Assembly (NCBI GenBank): GCA_001918745.1
Contig: MNGN01000053.1
Coordinates: 2,435-66,434, forward strand
Direction of reading: 5' to 3'
Length of the DNA: 64,000 nucleotides
From: Crenarchaeota archaeon 13_1_40CM_3_52_17
GTDB taxonomy: Archaea; Thermoproteota; Bathyarchaeia; 40CM-2-53-6
Shown: positions 11,280-21,456 of the stretch, piece after piece
Numbering within the stretch: position 1 is the first letter of the stretch
Layout: every line of letters starts with the position of its first letter
Translations under genes and position numbers: made by a program
The notes under the pieces: generated by a model
Told to the model about the DNA's origin: nothing
Database searches by the model: none
What the model saw: only the letters and a program-made list of their open reading frames with translations

Positions 11280-12683
11280 TGGTATTCCTCCTGAGCCTGA
11301 TCTATTGCGGTGAACAATGCGGCCGTCTTTCTCTCCGACTCGATCCATTCCTGGTCAGGTACAGAGTCCGCGACTATTCCGGCACCGGACTGGAGATAGC
11401 AATAGCCGTCCTGGGCGCAAAGGGTTCTGATTGTTATGGCAAAATCAGCGCTTCCGTTACCAGAGAAGTAACCGACAGCTCCCGCGTAGGGACCTCTTGC
11501 TGTGGTTTCCAGTTCCTCAATGATTTCCATCGCCCGAACCTTAGGAGCTCCCGATACCGTTCCGGCGGGAAAGACCGCTCTGAACACGTCGAAACCTGTG
11601 ATGTTCTTTTTCAGTTGTCCAGTGATTCGGGAGACAATGTGTTGGACGTGACTGTAGCCTTGGACTCGCATGAACTCGGGAACCTTAACAGTCCCATACT
11701 CGCACACTCTACCAAGATCGTTCCGAGCCAGGTCCACGAGCATCACGTGTTCCGCTCGTTCCTTCTCGTCCTGAAGCAGCTCAGCTGCCAGCGCTTTGTT
11801 TCGGGCAGAGTCCCCAGTGAAGGGCCGCGTTCCCGCTATAGGAAAGCTCTCTATCTCACGACCCATCTTTCGGGCCAGCATCTCCGGGCTGGACCCGACT
11901 ATTTCCCTGTCGCCGAACTTGAGGTAGTACATGTATGGAGACGGATTGACTCTTCTCAGTGCCCGATAGAATCGCAGGAGAGAGCCCTTGAAAGGAATCT
12001 TGTACCTTTTCGAGAGAACTACCTGGAAGACATCACCTGATTCAATGTAATCCTTCGCACTTTCGACTCGGTCGCAGAAATCCTCCTGGCTAACGTTCGA
12101 CTTCGGCTTGCCAAAACTAATCTGATCGATGTCGACAGAATCGCTCAGCAGTTCTTTGGCTTTTTCAATCCTGTTTTCTTCTCGGTAAAAGTAGTGGGTT
12201 TTCCCACTGACATGGTCGAAGACGATCCCGTCCTCGAACAGTCCGAATTCAACATCAGGAAACTCGTTGTCCTTGGGTGCCGATCTGGGGATTCGTTCAA
12301 AGGAACGTACGAGATCGTAGGACGCGTAACCAACAAGACCACCGGCGTACCGTTCCCCTGGATTTCGTTCCTTGACTGGACTGTTGAAATTTGATAGGAG
12401 CGTTAGAGGGTCTTGGCACTTCTCGATTCGTCTTTCCGTTCTCTGCCGATCGAGGATCTCGGCTTGCTTCTTTGAAGTGCGGATGATCTTCCGCGGGTCG
12501 AAACCTAAGAACGTGTACCTTGTTAGGCGGCGCGGCCCCTCAACTGACTCGAGAATGAAGCAGGTGTCGAACGTGTTTCTGATTGTTGCGAAAACGTCGA
12601 TCGGTTGCTTTCTAGTTTCTAGAGGAAGATACTTCAGTCTTGTGGGGGGCTTTGTCAGTTGCTGTCCAAAGACTATACCCCAT
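11276..12683 (-). CDS. trpE: anthranilate synthase component I (5' end via uORF +1 frameshift or CTG at 12658)
   Basis: Frame open from 12694 to 11276: FILESVEG, RYTFLG, GGLVGYASYD, GDVFQVVLS, NPSPYMYY, KERAEHVMLVDLARND, PAGTVSGAPKVRAM; the ORF track shows only the 3' half. Confidence 0.93.
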
Positions 12684-12698
12684 GGATGTCGCCTTCAT
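12612..12698 (-). CDS. putative trpE leader uORF MKATSMGYSLWTATDKAPHKTEVSSSRN
   Basis: ATG at 12698 and 12683, CTT-TGG at 12671-12666, TAG at 12614-12612; overlaps the trpE 5' end out of frame. Confidence 0.5.
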   Translation of the reverse strand: MKATSMGYSLWTATDKAPHKTEVSSSRN

Positions 12699-12716
12699 TC
12701 ACTTTCCCGTATGTCG

Positions 12717-12724
12717 CTTTTATA
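12717..12724 (-). promoter_or_regulatory. putative internal TATA box (TATAAAAG) for the trp sub-operon
   Basis: Begins 26 nt upstream of the uORF ATG at 12698, compatible with a leaderless transcript. Confidence 0.4.
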
Positions 12725-13805
12725 GCTTGCGTGTCCACTTTTGTACATTCGATGTAAGCCTCTTCTTCACGCCGCTTGTCTGCGTAGACCGAATTTCGGC
12801 AAGATTGCCTACAAGTTCAAGAAATTTCTGCCGGACATGGGGGACAAACGGGTTCAGCAGTTGGGTTCCAACAATCGTGTCCCAATTGCTTAGGAAACTG
12901 ACAATCCTGGATTCAGTCTCTCTGAGGGACTGGGTCCTCGGTTCTCCACCCATCCCATCGAGGCCTAGTCCAAGCGAGATCAATGCAAAGTGGTGGAGGC
13001 CTTGTACGTAGGCCATAGCACGGTCATGTTGGACCGCCGACATTGTAACGACTTTCGATCCGCCACCTTGGAATGCGCGCGCGAGCTTAGACCACTTCTG
13101 GCCAGGTCGGTAGGAGACGGCGATGATTGTTTGACCGTGAAGATGATCTGTGCCGGGTCCAAAGAGAGGATGCAAACTCATGTACTCAACACCCTTCGGT
13201 ATCTTTTCCGCAACCCGGTCCGATATTCCCGTCTTGACCGAGGAGAGGTCAGTAAGGAGGCTGCCGGTTGTCATAAGCGACCCTGTCTCGGTTGCGACCC
13301 GGACCGTTTCCCCCGTCGGCACTGAGAGGATTACGATGTCTGAGGAGGCAGCGTCGAGGATTGTTCCCGGTTCGACCTCCATCTCTTTCGCTGCTGTCCG
13401 AGTCTTGTTGATCTCTCGGCCTGCTAGCTTGACTTTCGCTCCTTGAAGGCTGGCGAATCTTGCAAAGAAGCGTCCCATTCCTCCTGTTCCGCCCACGATT
13501 AGGATTCTCACCTGGTCAAGTCTTTTCGCGGATTTTTCCGGGCGGTCTTGCTGGGCCTGGACGCTGAGTGCTAATATTTGCTCGAATATTGGCCGGATGA
13601 GCTTCGGGTCTAGGTCCAATGATGTGGCGGCGCGTTCGATCCTGCTGAGAATGATTTTCTCTCGCTCAGGGTCGCGATAGTCAAGGCCTCTCTGACTTTT
13701 GATCCTGCCAAGGGCCTTTGCATTTTCGTGTCTGTTCTTGAGAAGCCGAACTATCTCTTGGTCCAGCTCGTCTATCCTGTCTCGAATTCTAGCAACTTCG
13801 TCCAT
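12720..13805 (-). CDS. tyrA: chorismate mutase-prephenate dehydrogenase fusion
   Basis: N-terminal AroQ (RDRIDELDQEIVRLLKNR, RDPERE) plus GGTGGMG, DLSSVK, HPLFGP, HDRAMAYVQGLHH. Confidence 0.9.
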   Translation of the reverse strand: MDEVARIRDRIDELDQEIVRLLKNRHENAKALGRIKSQRGLDYRDPEREKIILSRIERAATSLDLDPKLIRPIFEQILALSVQAQQDRPEKSAKRLDQVRILIVGGTGGMGRFFARFASLQGAKVKLAGREINKTRTAAKEMEVEPGTILDAASSDIVILSVPTGETVRVATETGSLMTTGSLLTDLSSVKTGISDRVAEKIPKGVEYMSLHPLFGPGTDHLHGQTIIAVSYRPGQKWSKLARAFQGGGSKVVTMSAVQHDRAMAYVQGLHHFALISLGLGLDGMGGEPRTQSLRETESRIVSFLSNWDTIVGTQLLNPFVPHVRQKFLELVGNLAEIRSTQTSGVKKRLTSNVQKWTRKL

Positions 13806-13811
13806 TGACAG

Positions 13812-14912
13812 TTAGCTCTTCAAGATCCGAGGAATCATTCCGCCACGGATCATCAAATCCGCCAGCCCTATTGCCACCATTCCCTGGACTACGGGGACGG
13901 CTTTGGGAACCACGCACGGATCGTGTCGTCCTTTGACTTCGAGCTTAGCCTCTTCCATTTGGGATACGTTCACGGTCCTTTGCTCCTTCGCGATCGAGGA
14001 TGGCGGCTTGAAGGCGACTCTGAGAAGCAGAGGCATCCCCGTCGACATTCCCCCTAGCACTCCTCCGGAATTGTTAGACAGGGTGACGACCTTGCCTTCT
14101 TTGATCACATACTGGTCGTTATTTTCCGATCCCTTAAGGCGGGTTGCTTGGAATCCGGCTCCGAATTCAACTCCCTTGACTGCAGGGATTCCGAAGAGTA
14201 TCTTGGCGAGTTCAGAATCGATGGCATCGAAGAGTGGCTCACCCACCCCTACTGGAAGGCTTAGCGCCGTACACTCAACGACCCCGCCGATACTATCTCC
14301 ATCAGACTTCGCGCTTATCACTGCCTGATGCATCTTGTCAGCCAGAACCGAGTCTGGGCACCTCATCGAATTCTCGTACGTGACCTTCTTGACAGCTTCA
14401 ATGCTAGGAGGATTCTCCAATCGAACTCCATCGATAGCCTGGGTATACGCGAGGACTTCCACTCCAAATGTAGAGAGAAGTTTCTGAGCAATTGCTCCCG
14501 CAGCTACAAACGCTGCTGTCATTCTTCCTGAGAGTCTTCCTCCTCCGCGGTAGTCGCTGAAACCACCGTACTTCACTTTAGCCGGATAATCCGCGTGTCC
14601 CGGCCGAACCATGTCCTTCAGCGAGTCATAATCCGAGGATTTCACGTCCTTGTTTCGGATGTGCAAAGTCACAGGGGCCCCCGTCGTATGGTCTTGGAAT
14701 ACCCCCGAGAACAATTCTACAATATCCGGTTCTCGTCGCGCAGAGACAACCTCTTTCTCCTGTGGGATCCTCGTGTCCAGCGCTCGCTGAATATCGTCGA
14801 CCATCAATGATAATCCGGCCGGGCAGCCGTCTACTGTGACACCTACAACCGGTCCGTGGCTTTCTCCAAAGCAGGTAACAACGAACGCTTTCCCGATCGA
14901 ATTACTCCACAC
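13812..14912 (-). CDS. aroC: chorismate synthase
   Basis: FGESHG, RPGHAD, DYRGGGRLSGR, GRHDPC; GTG start at 14912 fits NSIG N-terminus. Confidence 0.96.
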   Translation of the reverse strand: MWSNSIGKAFVVTCFGESHGPVVGVTVDGCPAGLSLMVDDIQRALDTRIPQEKEVVSARREPDIVELFSGVFQDHTTGAPVTLHIRNKDVKSSDYDSLKDMVRPGHADYPAKVKYGGFSDYRGGGRLSGRMTAAFVAAGAIAQKLLSTFGVEVLAYTQAIDGVRLENPPSIEAVKKVTYENSMRCPDSVLADKMHQAVISAKSDGDSIGGVVECTALSLPVGVGEPLFDAIDSELAKILFGIPAVKGVEFGAGFQATRLKGSENNDQYVIKEGKVVTLSNNSGGVLGGMSTGMPLLLRVAFKPPSSIAKEQRTVNVSQMEEAKLEVKGRHDPCVVPKAVPVVQGMVAIGLADLMIRGGMIPRILKS

Positions 14913-16176
14913 TGAGTTGTACCCCCAATCTTGTGAGGTCTTGGAAGAATTCCGGGTAGGATTTTGCAACCGTTTCCGAGTTGCGTATTACCGACTCTCC
15001 CCTTGCGCCAAGAGAAGCGACTGAGCACGCCATCGCAACTCTATGGTCACCCTGTGAATCGAACGTGGCCCCGGTCAATTCTCTTTTTCCATCAATCCTG
15101 ATCAAATCGTCTTCGACATGAATCTTGGCACCCATCTTCGCCAGCTCGGTTGGGAGGGTTTGTGACCGGTTTGATTCTTTGTAGATGAGCCTCTTTACCC
15201 CTCGGATTTCTGATGAGCCATCCGCGAAGCATCCAATCGTTTCAAGGGGAGGAACAAGATCCGGGTTGTTACTCGCGTCGAATTCGAATCCGTCTATCTC
15301 TCTTTTCCCGATTGTTAGAGAATCCCCGTCCTGCTGGATTTCAAGACCGATTTCAGGTGCTATTTTCAGGATCGCAGAGTCGGGCTCAAACTCGTAGGGA
15401 CTGAGACCAGAGATCGTGATTTCGTCTCCGGCAGTTCCGGTCGCGGCGATAAGGAAGGCTGCGGACGAAAAGTCTCCTGGAACCTTATGAGACGCGGGGA
15501 CGAACTTTTGAGGTGCCGGAACTCTGAAATTCCCATCAGACTCTTCGATCGAGATTCCATGTTTTTTCAACACATCAATCGACATGTCAACATAGGGGCG
15601 CGACTCTAATGCGCCTTCCACGTTGATCGTGACATCTCTTAACGCCAACGGGGCTGCGAAGAGGAGTCCTGAGATGAACTGGGAGCTGATGTCGCCTGGA
15701 ACCGTGACTTCTCCACCTCGAAGAGGCCCCCTAACCAGGACCTCGAGTCCGTACGCGTCGGAAATCGCGTGGGCCGAGGCACCGAGAGCGTTGACAGCCT
15801 TCACAAGTGGATCCAATGGTCTCTTGGCAAGTCTCCGGCTCCCTCTTAGTCTAACGGTCTTTAGGGAAGTAGACGAAATGGCGGTGAGGAACCTGAGGGT
15901 GGCTCCCGACTCATTACAGTCGATCGGCCTGTTGGATGTTGTCGGTTTCCTGACACCACTGGAGATCGTTCGAGTTTTCTTAACAACCACTTTCGCTCCC
16001 AGCCTCTGGATCCCCTCGAGTGTTCGCTGGGTATCGTCGCAATGCAATGGTCCTTCAATCACCGATTTCCCGGGCGACAGCAGGGAGGCAAGGAGTGCTC
16101 TGTGAGTGTAAGCCTTCGAGCCGGGAGCGTTCACTTTTCCACGTAGTGCCTGTGGGCCTTTGATCCTGACTCTCAA
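14902..16176 (-). CDS. aroA: EPSP synthase
   Basis: PGSKAYTHR, ESGATLRF, SSQFISGLL, KESNR, DHRVAM. Confidence 0.96.
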   Translation of the reverse strand: MRVRIKGPQALRGKVNAPGSKAYTHRALLASLLSPGKSVIEGPLHCDDTQRTLEGIQRLGAKVVVKKTRTISSGVRKPTTSNRPIDCNESGATLRFLTAISSTSLKTVRLRGSRRLAKRPLDPLVKAVNALGASAHAISDAYGLEVLVRGPLRGGEVTVPGDISSQFISGLLFAAPLALRDVTINVEGALESRPYVDMSIDVLKKHGISIEESDGNFRVPAPQKFVPASHKVPGDFSSAAFLIAATGTAGDEITISGLSPYEFEPDSAILKIAPEIGLEIQQDGDSLTIGKREIDGFEFDASNNPDLVPPLETIGCFADGSSEIRGVKRLIYKESNRSQTLPTELAKMGAKIHVEDDLIRIDGKRELTGATFDSQGDHRVAMACSVASLGARGESVIRNSETVAKSYPEFFQDLTRLGVQLSVE

Positions 16177-17051
16177 GTCTCGATCAGTGCCTTCGTGAAG
16201 TTTGGATTTGCTTCGATTATTTGTCCGTCGAATTTCTCGAATACCTGTCGCACGGGTTTCAAGCTATTCTCATCGACAATTGCCGTGACAGCGGGTCCCT
16301 TGCCTGACAGTCCGGCTCCTAGTGCACCTGCTTCGATCGCTGAGAGAGCTGGACGAGGGTCTTCTCCGAGGATGGATGAGACCGCGAGGCCGTTGAGCGT
16401 AATCGCATCCCAGAGATGGCCATTGCCAGCTTCGCTGTACGCGAGTTCTGAAATTCGCCTGATGGGAGCAAATCTTGTCCTGTCTAGCTGCCCAGTTCGA
16501 GTTTTTCGTGGTGGAACAAGTATGAGGATTCTGATGTCTCGTGGGACCTTGAGAATTTTTTCGGCCTTCCTCCGATCGTTATCGGTCAGAACTGCGCCGC
16601 CGTGATAGGACGCGAATGAATCGTCGTAGGCGCCGGTGAGACTTACCCCGGATTCGATGGAGGCCTCTATGCCTATCTGAACCAACGCTTCATCATCCTG
16701 CTCCTCACCTAGGGCGGATATGGTGGCTAAGGCTGCTGCGTTGGCTGCGGCGCTGCTGCTCTTGAGCCCTACAGCTGTCGGGATATTCGAGGAAGTGATC
16801 ACTTCCCCGTGGAGCTTACGCTCATACCCATAATGTTCGAGTGTCTTCTTGACGACCGTGACTATGAGATTGTTGGATTCCTGTGGATCAGAGGAAATTA
16901 ACCCGGAAATCTGGCCAGGTCCTTCTCGTAGGGTGGCCTTCGCTCTGGTCCAGAGGTCTACTCCTAGAGCGCCTCCCTTGCCTGTTGGAAATGCGTTTAG
17001 AATGCTGATGGCTCCGTGGGAAAGAGCCTGTCCGGTCCCCTTCATTTCCAA
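16173..17051 (-). CDS. aroK: archaeal shikimate kinase (GHMP family)
   Basis: HGAISILNAFPTGKG, GLKSSSAA, TGAYDD, GLSGKGP. Confidence 0.93.
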   Translation of the reverse strand: MEMKGTGQALSHGAISILNAFPTGKGGALGVDLWTRAKATLREGPGQISGLISSDPQESNNLIVTVVKKTLEHYGYERKLHGEVITSSNIPTAVGLKSSSAAANAAALATISALGEEQDDEALVQIGIEASIESGVSLTGAYDDSFASYHGGAVLTDNDRRKAEKILKVPRDIRILILVPPRKTRTGQLDRTRFAPIRRISELAYSEAGNGHLWDAITLNGLAVSSILGEDPRPALSAIEAGALGAGLSGKGPAVTAIVDENSLKPVRQVFEKFDGQIIEANPNFTKALIET

Positions 17052-17875
17052 TCTTTCCCTAGATAATCCACAAGGGAGGAGCGCATGAGAGCGAAGGGAC
17101 CGGTCTCGTTTAGCCAGATCTCGTAGGACAAGGCTGCCTGGTGCACTAGCATCTCCAGCGGACTTATTGTTCGACGTCCTATGGGCTCGGCGGGCATGTC
17201 GTATGCGAGGTCGAAGACCCAGCCTGTATCTTTCACTCTGTTGACTGGTATTCTGAGTTGGGACATGAGAGTCGAGGTCTGAATCGGAGTCGCGTTGACG
17301 AGAAGGTCCGCATCCTCTATGCCGATCTCTAGGCTATTCTTGGTTAGTTCTCCATACGAGGTTTTGCCAGGCCCGGTTGCCTTGTCCGCTATTTGTCGAG
17401 CCTTATCCAGGGTCCTGTTAAGAATGCTGACAGTATTGTTGTCGGCGGAAAGGCGATGGACTAGGGCTTGCGCTGCTCCTCCTGCCCCGAGCACTAGTAT
17501 CCGCTTGTTGTTAGGTTCAAGGCCGTAGGATCTAAGAGCTCTGATCGCCCCCTCTCCATCGGTATTGTATCCTGCGAGTCCACTCTTGGTGGTGGCAACC
17601 GTGTTGACTGATCCGATCTTCTCCGCCGTCTTGTCAAGCCGATCCAGCATTTCAATTATGCCGGTCTTGTGGGGCATTGTGACGTTGAAGCCGTCAAACC
17701 CTAGCGTGCGGGCTGCCTCTACCGCTTGTTTCAGGTTGTCTCTGCTGACTTCGAAGGGTAAGTAAGCCCTGTTCAGGGATAGTTTCTGGAAGGTCGTGTT
17801 GAAGATAACAGGGCTGAGGCTGTGGGCCACCGGGGATCCGTAGAGAGAGTGGACTCTGGTGTCGCCTTTGATCAT
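17042..17875 (-). CDS. aroE: shikimate dehydrogenase
   Basis: HSLSP, NVTMPHK, GSVNT, NTDG, GAGGAA. Confidence 0.95.
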   Translation of the reverse strand: MIKGDTRVHSLYGSPVAHSLSPVIFNTTFQKLSLNRAYLPFEVSRDNLKQAVEAARTLGFDGFNVTMPHKTGIIEMLDRLDKTAEKIGSVNTVATTKSGLAGYNTDGEGAIRALRSYGLEPNNKRILVLGAGGAAQALVHRLSADNNTVSILNRTLDKARQIADKATGPGKTSYGELTKNSLEIGIEDADLLVNATPIQTSTLMSQLRIPVNRVKDTGWVFDLAYDMPAEPIGRRTISPLEMLVHQAALSYEIWLNETGPFALMRSSLVDYLGKDWK

Positions 17876-17881
17876 GAACTG

Positions 17882-18565
17882 TCACTCGACGCCTAGCATC
17901 TCGTAGATTCTGCGGAGTTCGGCGATGGTCGATTGTCCAGGGGCGGTTTCCAGTCCTCGCTCTAGTGACGCGTAGGTGAAGTGGGCTCCGTAGAATGGTG
18001 CGAGTAGTCTTGACCAGACTCCTGCCTGTCCCATTGCGAAACTGACGAGTGGTGAGTTCTGATGGTTTGCTTTCAATAAGCTGAGCACGTTGAGATTGTC
18101 TTCTGGAGTCTGAGCGGTTGTGACGATCTTGCAGACGTCCGGTTTGAACTTCTGGAGTTGCACGAGTGTTGAGGCGAGTTTCGCCGGATCGGGGGTTCTG
18201 AAGTGGTCGTGGTGAGATAGGATGATCTTGGCACCTTTCTCTCGAAAAGTCTTGATGACGTGGTCGAGCTTGGCTGTCGTGAGTTCCAGGTCCACGTACT
18301 GGAATCCGCCCTCCACTGCTTCCATCAATATTTTCAGTCGTTCAGCCTCGGACCTGTCGAAGGATCCTTTCTCGGACAGGGGACGGTTCGTCCCGATGAT
18401 CGGCCGTTCTACCGCGCGGGCAATCTTTGTGAGTCCGTGGTAACTGCGTAACCTGTCCAAACGAACCTCCACCAGATCGGCTGAGAGTCTCTCGGCTCTC
18501 TGCGCTCTTCCCAATAGTTCGGGGGTGTCGGTTGAGGAGATTGAGACGCAGACTTTGGGGTTCAC
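17882..18565 (-). CDS. aroD: type I 3-dehydroquinate dehydratase
   Basis: VEVRLD, YVDLEL, ILSHHDF, FAMG, APGQ. Confidence 0.93.
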   Translation of the reverse strand: MNPKVCVSISSTDTPELLGRAQRAERLSADLVEVRLDRLRSYHGLTKIARAVERPIIGTNRPLSEKGSFDRSEAERLKILMEAVEGGFQYVDLELTTAKLDHVIKTFREKGAKIILSHHDHFRTPDPAKLASTLVQLQKFKPDVCKIVTTAQTPEDNLNVLSLLKANHQNSPLVSFAMGQAGVWSRLLAPFYGAHFTYASLERGLETAPGQSTIAELRRIYEMLGVE

Positions 18566-19617
18566 CTTTCGATGACCATCTCGTCAGCTACTTTTGTCCC
18601 AAAGTGTCGTCCGCCCTCTTCGGATCGGACTAATACCTCGTCGCCAGGTTTGATTTCTGAAACCGGTTTCGACCCGTCTCTTGTGACCAGCCGGACAGTT
18701 TCCGCATTCTGAACTATCGTGGTTATCTTTCGGTTTCCGATGCTCGCCTCGACGAGGATCATTGGTCGACGCTCGATCTTGATTCTCGCGACATCAACAC
18801 TCCTAGTTCGCCCTACCCTGTCAATCAAGAGAACGGTTTCGCCAGATGATAACTCGGAGAGATACCGGGTTTTTCCATTTGCTGAAAGAACGTATGATGA
18901 AACGGGGCCGGCGTTCACTCTGAAGGGTCGCGAGTTGACGTGAGCGTTGGGATGCACCTCGCCCTCCACGAGGAAGAGTGCCTGCGAGGAGGAACCGGTC
19001 AATAGTCCTTCACCAGGTTCGAGGATCTCAGTCGTGTCTACGCAGACTCTAGCCCCTGTTCCGATAGGCTTGACGCTTGAGATCTTGGCTGTTGAGAGCG
19101 AGACGTTTTCTGATTCTCCAAGTATCAAGTCTCGGGTCTTGAGAATCTCACTGGTGTCATCGGAGGTAAGCGCTATTCCGTCCGCTCCCAGCTCCAAGGT
19201 TGAGAGAGCCGCCCTACTTTCGTCAAAGCTTGTGGTTCTGGCGAGAAGCTTTGAGCGTCCTTTCGTTTCCGCGATCAGATTCTCTAGGGGTATGATTTTC
19301 CAGTTGGGACAGTCTATCAGGAGATAGTCAGGATTCAGTTCCAGCGCGTGTGATATCTTCTCCAGATCCTCTTGATCGCCGATCGTAACTTCGAGTGCCA
19401 CCGGCGTCTTGGTTCTCTTTGCGCTTGACAAGAGGTCAAAATTTGAGGTGACGAGGATGTCGGTTCCTTCAAGCCTCGAAGCAACTTTTGAGCTGACTCT
19501 GGGAAGCTTGACGTCGGTGAGGACGGTGTGCGGTTTGGCTTCGTCGACCATCTTGCAGATGGTTTTGGCGGATAGGTCAGCGTTAGGCTCTAGCCAGAAT
19601 TCTTTCAGTTCGCTCAC
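18562..19617 (-). CDS. aroB': 3-dehydroquinate synthase II (archaeal AroB')
   Basis: WKIIPLENLIA, RVCVDT, RPFRVNAG, KIERRP, QNAETVRL, GRHFG. Confidence 0.93.
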   Translation of the reverse strand: MSELKEFWLEPNADLSAKTICKMVDEAKPHTVLTDVKLPRVSSKVASRLEGTDILVTSNFDLLSSAKRTKTPVALEVTIGDQEDLEKISHALELNPDYLLIDCPNWKIIPLENLIAETKGRSKLLARTTSFDESRAALSTLELGADGIALTSDDTSEILKTRDLILGESENVSLSTAKISSVKPIGTGARVCVDTTEILEPGEGLLTGSSSQALFLVEGEVHPNAHVNSRPFRVNAGPVSSYVLSANGKTRYLSELSSGETVLLIDRVGRTRSVDVARIKIERRPMILVEASIGNRKITTIVQNAETVRLVTRDGSKPVSEIKPGDEVLVRSEEGGRHFGTKVADEMVIER

Positions 19618-20395
19618 CGAGGATTGATAGTGCTTGGGTGGGATTGGTGCCGTTGTGGACTATCTCGATGAGTGCTCTTGTCATCAAGGTCGGTTTGTTG
19701 TGCTGGAACACGTTTCGCCCAATCGATACTCCCGCAGCTCCTGCCTTCATCGAGTCTGAGACAAGCTGGAGAGCTTCATAGTCGCTGCCAGCTTTGGGCC
19801 CGCCGGCCACGACTATCGGTGCTTTGACGCTCTTGATGACGTTTCGGAAGCTTTCAACGTCTCCTGTGTAGTTCGTTTTGACGATGTCTGCTCCTAACTC
19901 GTAGCCGAGTCGGGCTGCGTGGCTTACGACCTCGTAGGCGTGTTCGTTTTGTATTCCTGGTCCTCTCGGGTACATCATCGCGAGGACCGGTAGGCCAAGG
20001 TCGTCGCTCTCATCCAGTATTCGTGAGAACTGATCCAGCATGTCTTGTTCGTGTTCCGATCCTACGTTGATGTGAACGGACACCGCGTCCGCTCCGAGAC
20101 GGAGGGCTAGTTTGACACTGGATAGTTGCGTTTTCCAGTTAGGCTCTCGGGTTAGTCTGGTGGCGCCGGAGAGGTGGAGTATTAGACCCATTCCCTGGTT
20201 GTCAACTGTCTTGGCGATGCCGGCATGGACGAGCACGGCATCCGCTCCGCCCTTGGCTACGTTATCTATGGTCGTCTCCATATCAGTGAGTCCTTCGATT
20301 GGTCCAACGGCCACACCGTGGTCCATCGGAACGATCACGGTCTTACCATCATGTCGGAGTATTCGTCTTAGTCTACGAGTCTTTCCTGTTTCCAT
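19583..20395 (-). CDS. aroA': 2-amino-3,7-dideoxy-D-threo-hept-6-ulosonate (ADH) synthase, class I aldolase AroA'
   Basis: IVPMDHG, AMMYPRG, ELGADIVKT, GRNVFQ; adjacent to aroB'. Confidence 0.9.
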   Translation of the reverse strand: METGKTRRLRRILRHDGKTVIVPMDHGVAVGPIEGLTDMETTIDNVAKGGADAVLVHAGIAKTVDNQGMGLILHLSGATRLTREPNWKTQLSSVKLALRLGADAVSVHINVGSEHEQDMLDQFSRILDESDDLGLPVLAMMYPRGPGIQNEHAYEVVSHAARLGYELGADIVKTNYTGDVESFRNVIKSVKAPIVVAGGPKAGSDYEALQLVSDSMKAGAAGVSIGRNVFQHNKPTLMTRALIEIVHNGTNPTQALSILGERTERILARA

Positions 20396-20405
20396 TTTTC
20401 TTCGA

Positions 20406-21455
20406 TCACTTGATGAGCTTCTTTGCCAAGAGAAGTTCGGCGTTTAGGATGGAGCATCCCGCTCCACCCCGGACCAGATTGTGACCTAGAGCCATGTACT
20501 TGACACCGGTCAGCGCTGGGTCTCGCCGGACCCGTCCGACTGTTACCGTCATTCCATTTCCTTCATCGACATCGAGCCTTGTCTGTGGACGATCCTCTTC
20601 TTCACGGACGATAATCGGGTGTTCGGGTGCAGAGGGGAGTTTGAGCTGTTGAGGAGTTCCCTTGAATTCTCTCATCGCCTTTGCAATCTCGCTCGGAGTT
20701 GCAGGTGAGCGTGTCCGAGCAAAGACCGCTTCCATATGTCCGTGAATTGTCGGGACTCTGTTGCAGCTCGCGGAGACAGTGATCCCAGCGGGTTTTGCTA
20801 GTGTTCCGAGTATCTTGTTGGTTTCATGTTCGACTTTTTCCTCCTCGTTTCGGATGAAGGGAATGACGTTCTGCATGATATCGAGTGATGCAACTCCGGG
20901 GTAGCCTGCTCCGGACACGGCTTGCATCGATGACACGACAATGGTTTCGAGGCCGAACTTGTGATGGAGAGGTTTCAGGGAGAGGGTCAGAATGGCGGTA
21001 GTGCAGTTAGGGTTGGCGACAATGAACCCATCTGTCTTCAACCGTCTCCTCTGTTCTTCCACCATCACAGCGTGTTCAGGGTTTACTTCTGGATTCAGGA
21101 GCGGGACGAATTGATCCATTCTATGCGATGACGCGTTGGAGAATACTGGTATTCCCGCTCTCGCGAAATCCTCCTCTACTGGGCCTGCGACCTCCGCAGG
21201 CAGGGCCGAGAACGCGATGTCGGGGTCGTCTAGGGCCTTCGGCTTTGGCTCCGTAAGGACTAGTTCCCCCAGCTCATCGGGGAGGTCTCCTACTTTTCTT
21301 GACCCGATCGAGGACGCGTAATCCTTACCTACGCTCTTGTCGGATGCCGCGACCGCGCTCACCTCAAACCACGGGTGATGGGCCAATAGTTGCACGAATT
21401 TCTGGCCCATCATTCCGGTCGCGCCGAGGACGGCCACCTTTTTCCTGTTCATCAT
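20406..21455 (-). CDS. asd: aspartate-semialdehyde dehydrogenase
   Basis: GATGMMGQ, NPNCTT, QAVSGAG, CNRVP, HNLVRGGAG. Confidence 0.96.
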   Translation of the reverse strand: MMNRKKVAVLGATGMMGQKFVQLLAHHPWFEVSAVAASDKSVGKDYASSIGSRKVGDLPDELGELVLTEPKPKALDDPDIAFSALPAEVAGPVEEDFARAGIPVFSNASSHRMDQFVPLLNPEVNPEHAVMVEEQRRRLKTDGFIVANPNCTTAILTLSLKPLHHKFGLETIVVSSMQAVSGAGYPGVASLDIMQNVIPFIRNEEEKVEHETNKILGTLAKPAGITVSASCNRVPTIHGHMEAVFARTRSPATPSEIAKAMREFKGTPQQLKLPSAPEHPIIVREEEDRPQTRLDVDEGNGMTVTVGRVRRDPALTGVKYMALGHNLVRGGAGCSILNAELLLAKKLIK

Positions 21456-21456
21456 T

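Noticed and set aside
11276..12694. trpE as a truncated pseudogene (218-aa ORF in the track)
   Set aside because: The frame is uninterrupted and the N-terminal domain is intact; only the start codon is atypical.
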